Positions 42,357-43,853 of a stretch of DNA of 43,853 bases are shown piece after piece. Positions within the stretch are counted from its first letter, which is position 1, and each line of letters opens with the position of its first letter. The stretch lies in IMG/VR virus record IMGVR_UViG_3300037473_000089, positions 1 through 43,853 of that record; one strand, written 5' to 3'. The stretch comes from a virus. The notes under the pieces were generated by a model. It saw only the letters and a list, made by a program, of their open reading frames with translations. It did not search any database and was not told the DNA's origin. The position numbers were made by a program, and so were the translations under genes.

Positions 42357-42431
42357 GTATCTGGTCCCCGCTCTGCCTCGGCATCGGGCTTGGCTGCACG
42401 GATGGTACTGGCCCGTGCAGCACTTCTTCAT

Positions 42432-42508
42432 AGTGCCGTAGAGCAGTCCGGTAGCTCGCCAGTCTCATAAACTGGAGGTCTCGGGTTCAAATCCCGACGG
42501 CGCAACCA
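42432..42508 (+). tRNA. tRNA with CAU anticodon (Met, or Ile2 if modified) and initiator-like features
   Basis: Hand-folded cloverleaf of 77 nt. D arm GAGC-AGTCCGGTA-GCTC, anticodon arm CCAGT-CTCATAA-ACTGG, T arm TCGGG-TTCAAAT-CCCGA, 3' end GCAACCA. Position 1:72 is an A x A mismatch. Confidence 0.75.
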
Positions 42509-42511
42509 TTC

Positions 42512-42586
42512 GCCCAGGTAGCTCAGCGGTAGAGCAGCCGCCTCGTAAGCGGCAGGTCGTCGGTTCGATCCCGACCGTGGGCTCCA
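42512..42586 (+). tRNA. tRNA-Thr (anticodon CGU)
   Basis: Hand-folded, 75 nt. GCCCAGG-TA-GCTC-AGCGGTA-GAGC-A-GCCGC-CTCGTAA-GCGGC-AGGTC-GTCGG-TTCGATC-CCGAC-CGTGGGC-T-CCA, with one G-G mismatch at 6:67. Confidence 0.75.
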
Positions 42587-42601
42587 TCATCGGAGGCGAG
42601 C

Positions 42602-42841
42602 ATGGCGCTTGAGAAGCTCAGCGACGTCACCGTCCGCGAATCCACCGTTCGTGTGCGCGTGCCGTGGCATGACGTGCAGCGCCTACTCGGCAAAGCTGCC
42701 GTGTCGCACATCGGCCTGTCCGACGTTGAGATCGATCGCAGCATTGTGAAGATCGAGTTGAAGCAGGAAGAGCGCGGCTCGCCGTCCTATGCAGTTGGCG
42801 AGTGGTCGGCGATCGCCACCGTCACTACGTCGCTCGACTGA
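42602..42841 (+). CDS. Hypothetical protein
   Basis: 79 aa, RBS GGAGG upstream. Confidence 0.5.
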   Translation: MALEKLSDVTVRESTVRVRVPWHDVQRLLGKAAVSHIGLSDVEIDRSIVKIELKQEERGSPSYAVGEWSAIATVTTSLD

Positions 42842-43008
42842 TGGCCCGCGTCGAGACTGCGCTGCCACCGGCGCACCTTGACAAGCTATCCTCCATCCGT
42901 CGTCGCCTCGCGAACCTATCACCTGACTGGTCCGACCCGCGCCGCTTCTACGACAAGCGAGACACGCTGATCGAGGAACTGGCGCAGTTGGAGCGTGGGC
43001 GTGGCTGA
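42841..43008 (+). CDS. Hypothetical small protein
   Basis: 55 aa with a TGATG overlap. Confidence 0.4.
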   Translation: MARVETALPPAHLDKLSSIRRRLANLSPDWSDPRRFYDKRDTLIEELAQLERGRG

Positions 43009-43315
43009 GCGCCTTCGTGGCCGTGTTGGGCAAGCGCAGCGCGCGCGCAGGCTGAAGCGCACCGACGGCCTGTGCGAGCATTGCCTGAAGCTGGGGCGCA
43101 CCACGCTCGCCACCGTCGTCAACCACATCGTGCCGCTGGTCCAAGGCGGCAGCGATGAGGACAGCAACACCGAGAACGTCTGCCGCGAGCACGACTTGAT
43201 CGAGACGGCGAAGCAGTTCGGGCACAACGTGACTGCCGATGGGCGGGGCATCGGACGGTCAGGACGACCGACCAGCCCCGACCACCCATGGAACCGGGCG
43301 CCGCGCCGATCGTGA
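42995..43315 (+). CDS. HNH endonuclease (packaging-associated)
   Basis: 106 aa. CEHC...VNHIVPLVQGGSDEDSNTENVCREHD is an HNH motif. It lies just upstream of the cos/terS region, as in HK97-like cos phages. Confidence 0.8.
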   Translation: MGVAERLRGRVGQAQRARRLKRTDGLCEHCLKLGRTTLATVVNHIVPLVQGGSDEDSNTENVCREHDLIETAKQFGHNVTADGRGIGRSGRPTSPDHPWNRAPRRS

Positions 43316-43485
43316 CCGAAATGCAACACCGAACCGATGGTGTGACATTCCCGCATCACCAGACCCCACCGGGGGTCGAAAGTTTAGGGCGACCGGGGCC
43401 GGACACCGCATCGGCCCGCCGTACGCACTGAGATCAATTTTTGAGGGGGGAGGGTTTCGCCCGCTCCGCCTCGGAGGCGCAGTTT

Positions 43486-43853
43486 ATGACCCCTGTCGTC
43501 ATCGACGGCGGCGACGGCGTCCCGCCCGAACCGAACTGGCGACCGCTGTTCGGCCGCGCTGCTGACCGCGAAGCCGCCGCCGAGTATTGGCGGGGCATCA
43601 TCAGCGAGATGCGATCGGCGGAAAAGCTGGCCGTCGCGAACGCCCACTCGATCAAGCGCCTCGTCGTCGCCTATGTCACGTTCGACATCAGCGCTCGCGA
43701 GGTGCTGAAGTCCGGGCCGGTCATGAAGGCCAAGAAAACGGGCGTGCCGAGCTACAACCCGTGGTGGACGACGATGTCGAACGCCGCCAGCCAGGCGCAG
43801 GCTCTGGAAAAGGAGCTTTGCCTCAGCCCGCGCGAGCGCAACAGCGGCGGCAA
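43486..43853 (+). CDS. terS: Terminase small subunit (P27-family-like), N-terminal part; continues at base 128 of the window
   Basis: ATG 43486 with RBS GGAGG 8 nt upstream. MTPVVIDGGDGVPPEPNWRPLF...AAEYWRGIISEM...LAVANAHSIKRLVVAYVTFD... There is no stop before the window end, and the frame continues into 1-188. Confidence 0.8.
   Translation, partial: MTPVVIDGGDGVPPEPNWRPLFGRAADREAAAEYWRGIISEMRSAEKLAVANAHSIKRLVVAYVTFDISAREVLKSGPVMKAKKTGVPSYNPWWTTMSNAASQAQALEKELCLSPRERNSGG
43727..43853. repeat. Terminal direct repeat, copy 2 (identical to 1-127)
   Basis: Same 127-nt string as the window start. Confidence 0.95.

Larger units (their letters stand above)
1..43853. mobile_element. Complete temperate siphovirus-type phage genome on a circularly closed contig (unique length 43,726 bp)
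   Basis: Packaging, head, tail, lysis, integration, immunity and replication modules are all present in one window. Bases 1-127 equal 43727-43853, and the terS frame is continuous across that junction. Confidence 0.9.

Overview
High-GC (about 65% by eye) 43,853-bp window that is a complete, circularly closed temperate siphovirus-type phage genome. Bases 1-127 are identical to 43727-43853, so the unique length is 43,726 bp, and the small-terminase frame runs across that junction. Gene order is: terS, terL, HK97-type portal, ClpP-like protease, HK97-type capsid, connector, adaptor, gp10-like and tail-terminator proteins, major tail protein, and a GTA-like tail chaperone with a -1 frame extension. 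These are followed by a low-GC secreted-protein moron, the tape measure, the tail tip, a fibre locus, holin and endolysin, and a 5-gene envelope-targeted cassette with an SGNH esterase. An att-proximal accessory island holds an XRE pair, a promoter-to-terminator structured RNA, a standalone HIRAN protein, a lower-GC ORF and a Mom-like GNAT-type protein. The remaining blocks are a P4-type integrase, attP with octamer arm repeats, AlpA/Xis, an early-left operon of about 17 translationally coupled ORFans, and a cI-like S24 repressor flanked by four TAGCC-N4-GGCTA operators. The window ends with a cro-like gene, a DnaB-type helicase, an initiator gene carrying a lambda-like iteron origin, 2 tRNAs, HNH and a cos region. 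The candidates I consider most novel are: (1) a mini-intein/Hint-like autoprocessing module that forms the extreme C-terminus of the 1374-aa central tail protein; (2) the 1157-aa fibre built of three tandem glycine-rich domains plus eight 21-aa repeats; (3) the accessory island with its structured RNA, HIRAN and Mom-like genes; (4) the secreted/lipoprotein/SGNH cassette after the lysis genes. All family assignments come from motif recognition by eye. No database search was run.
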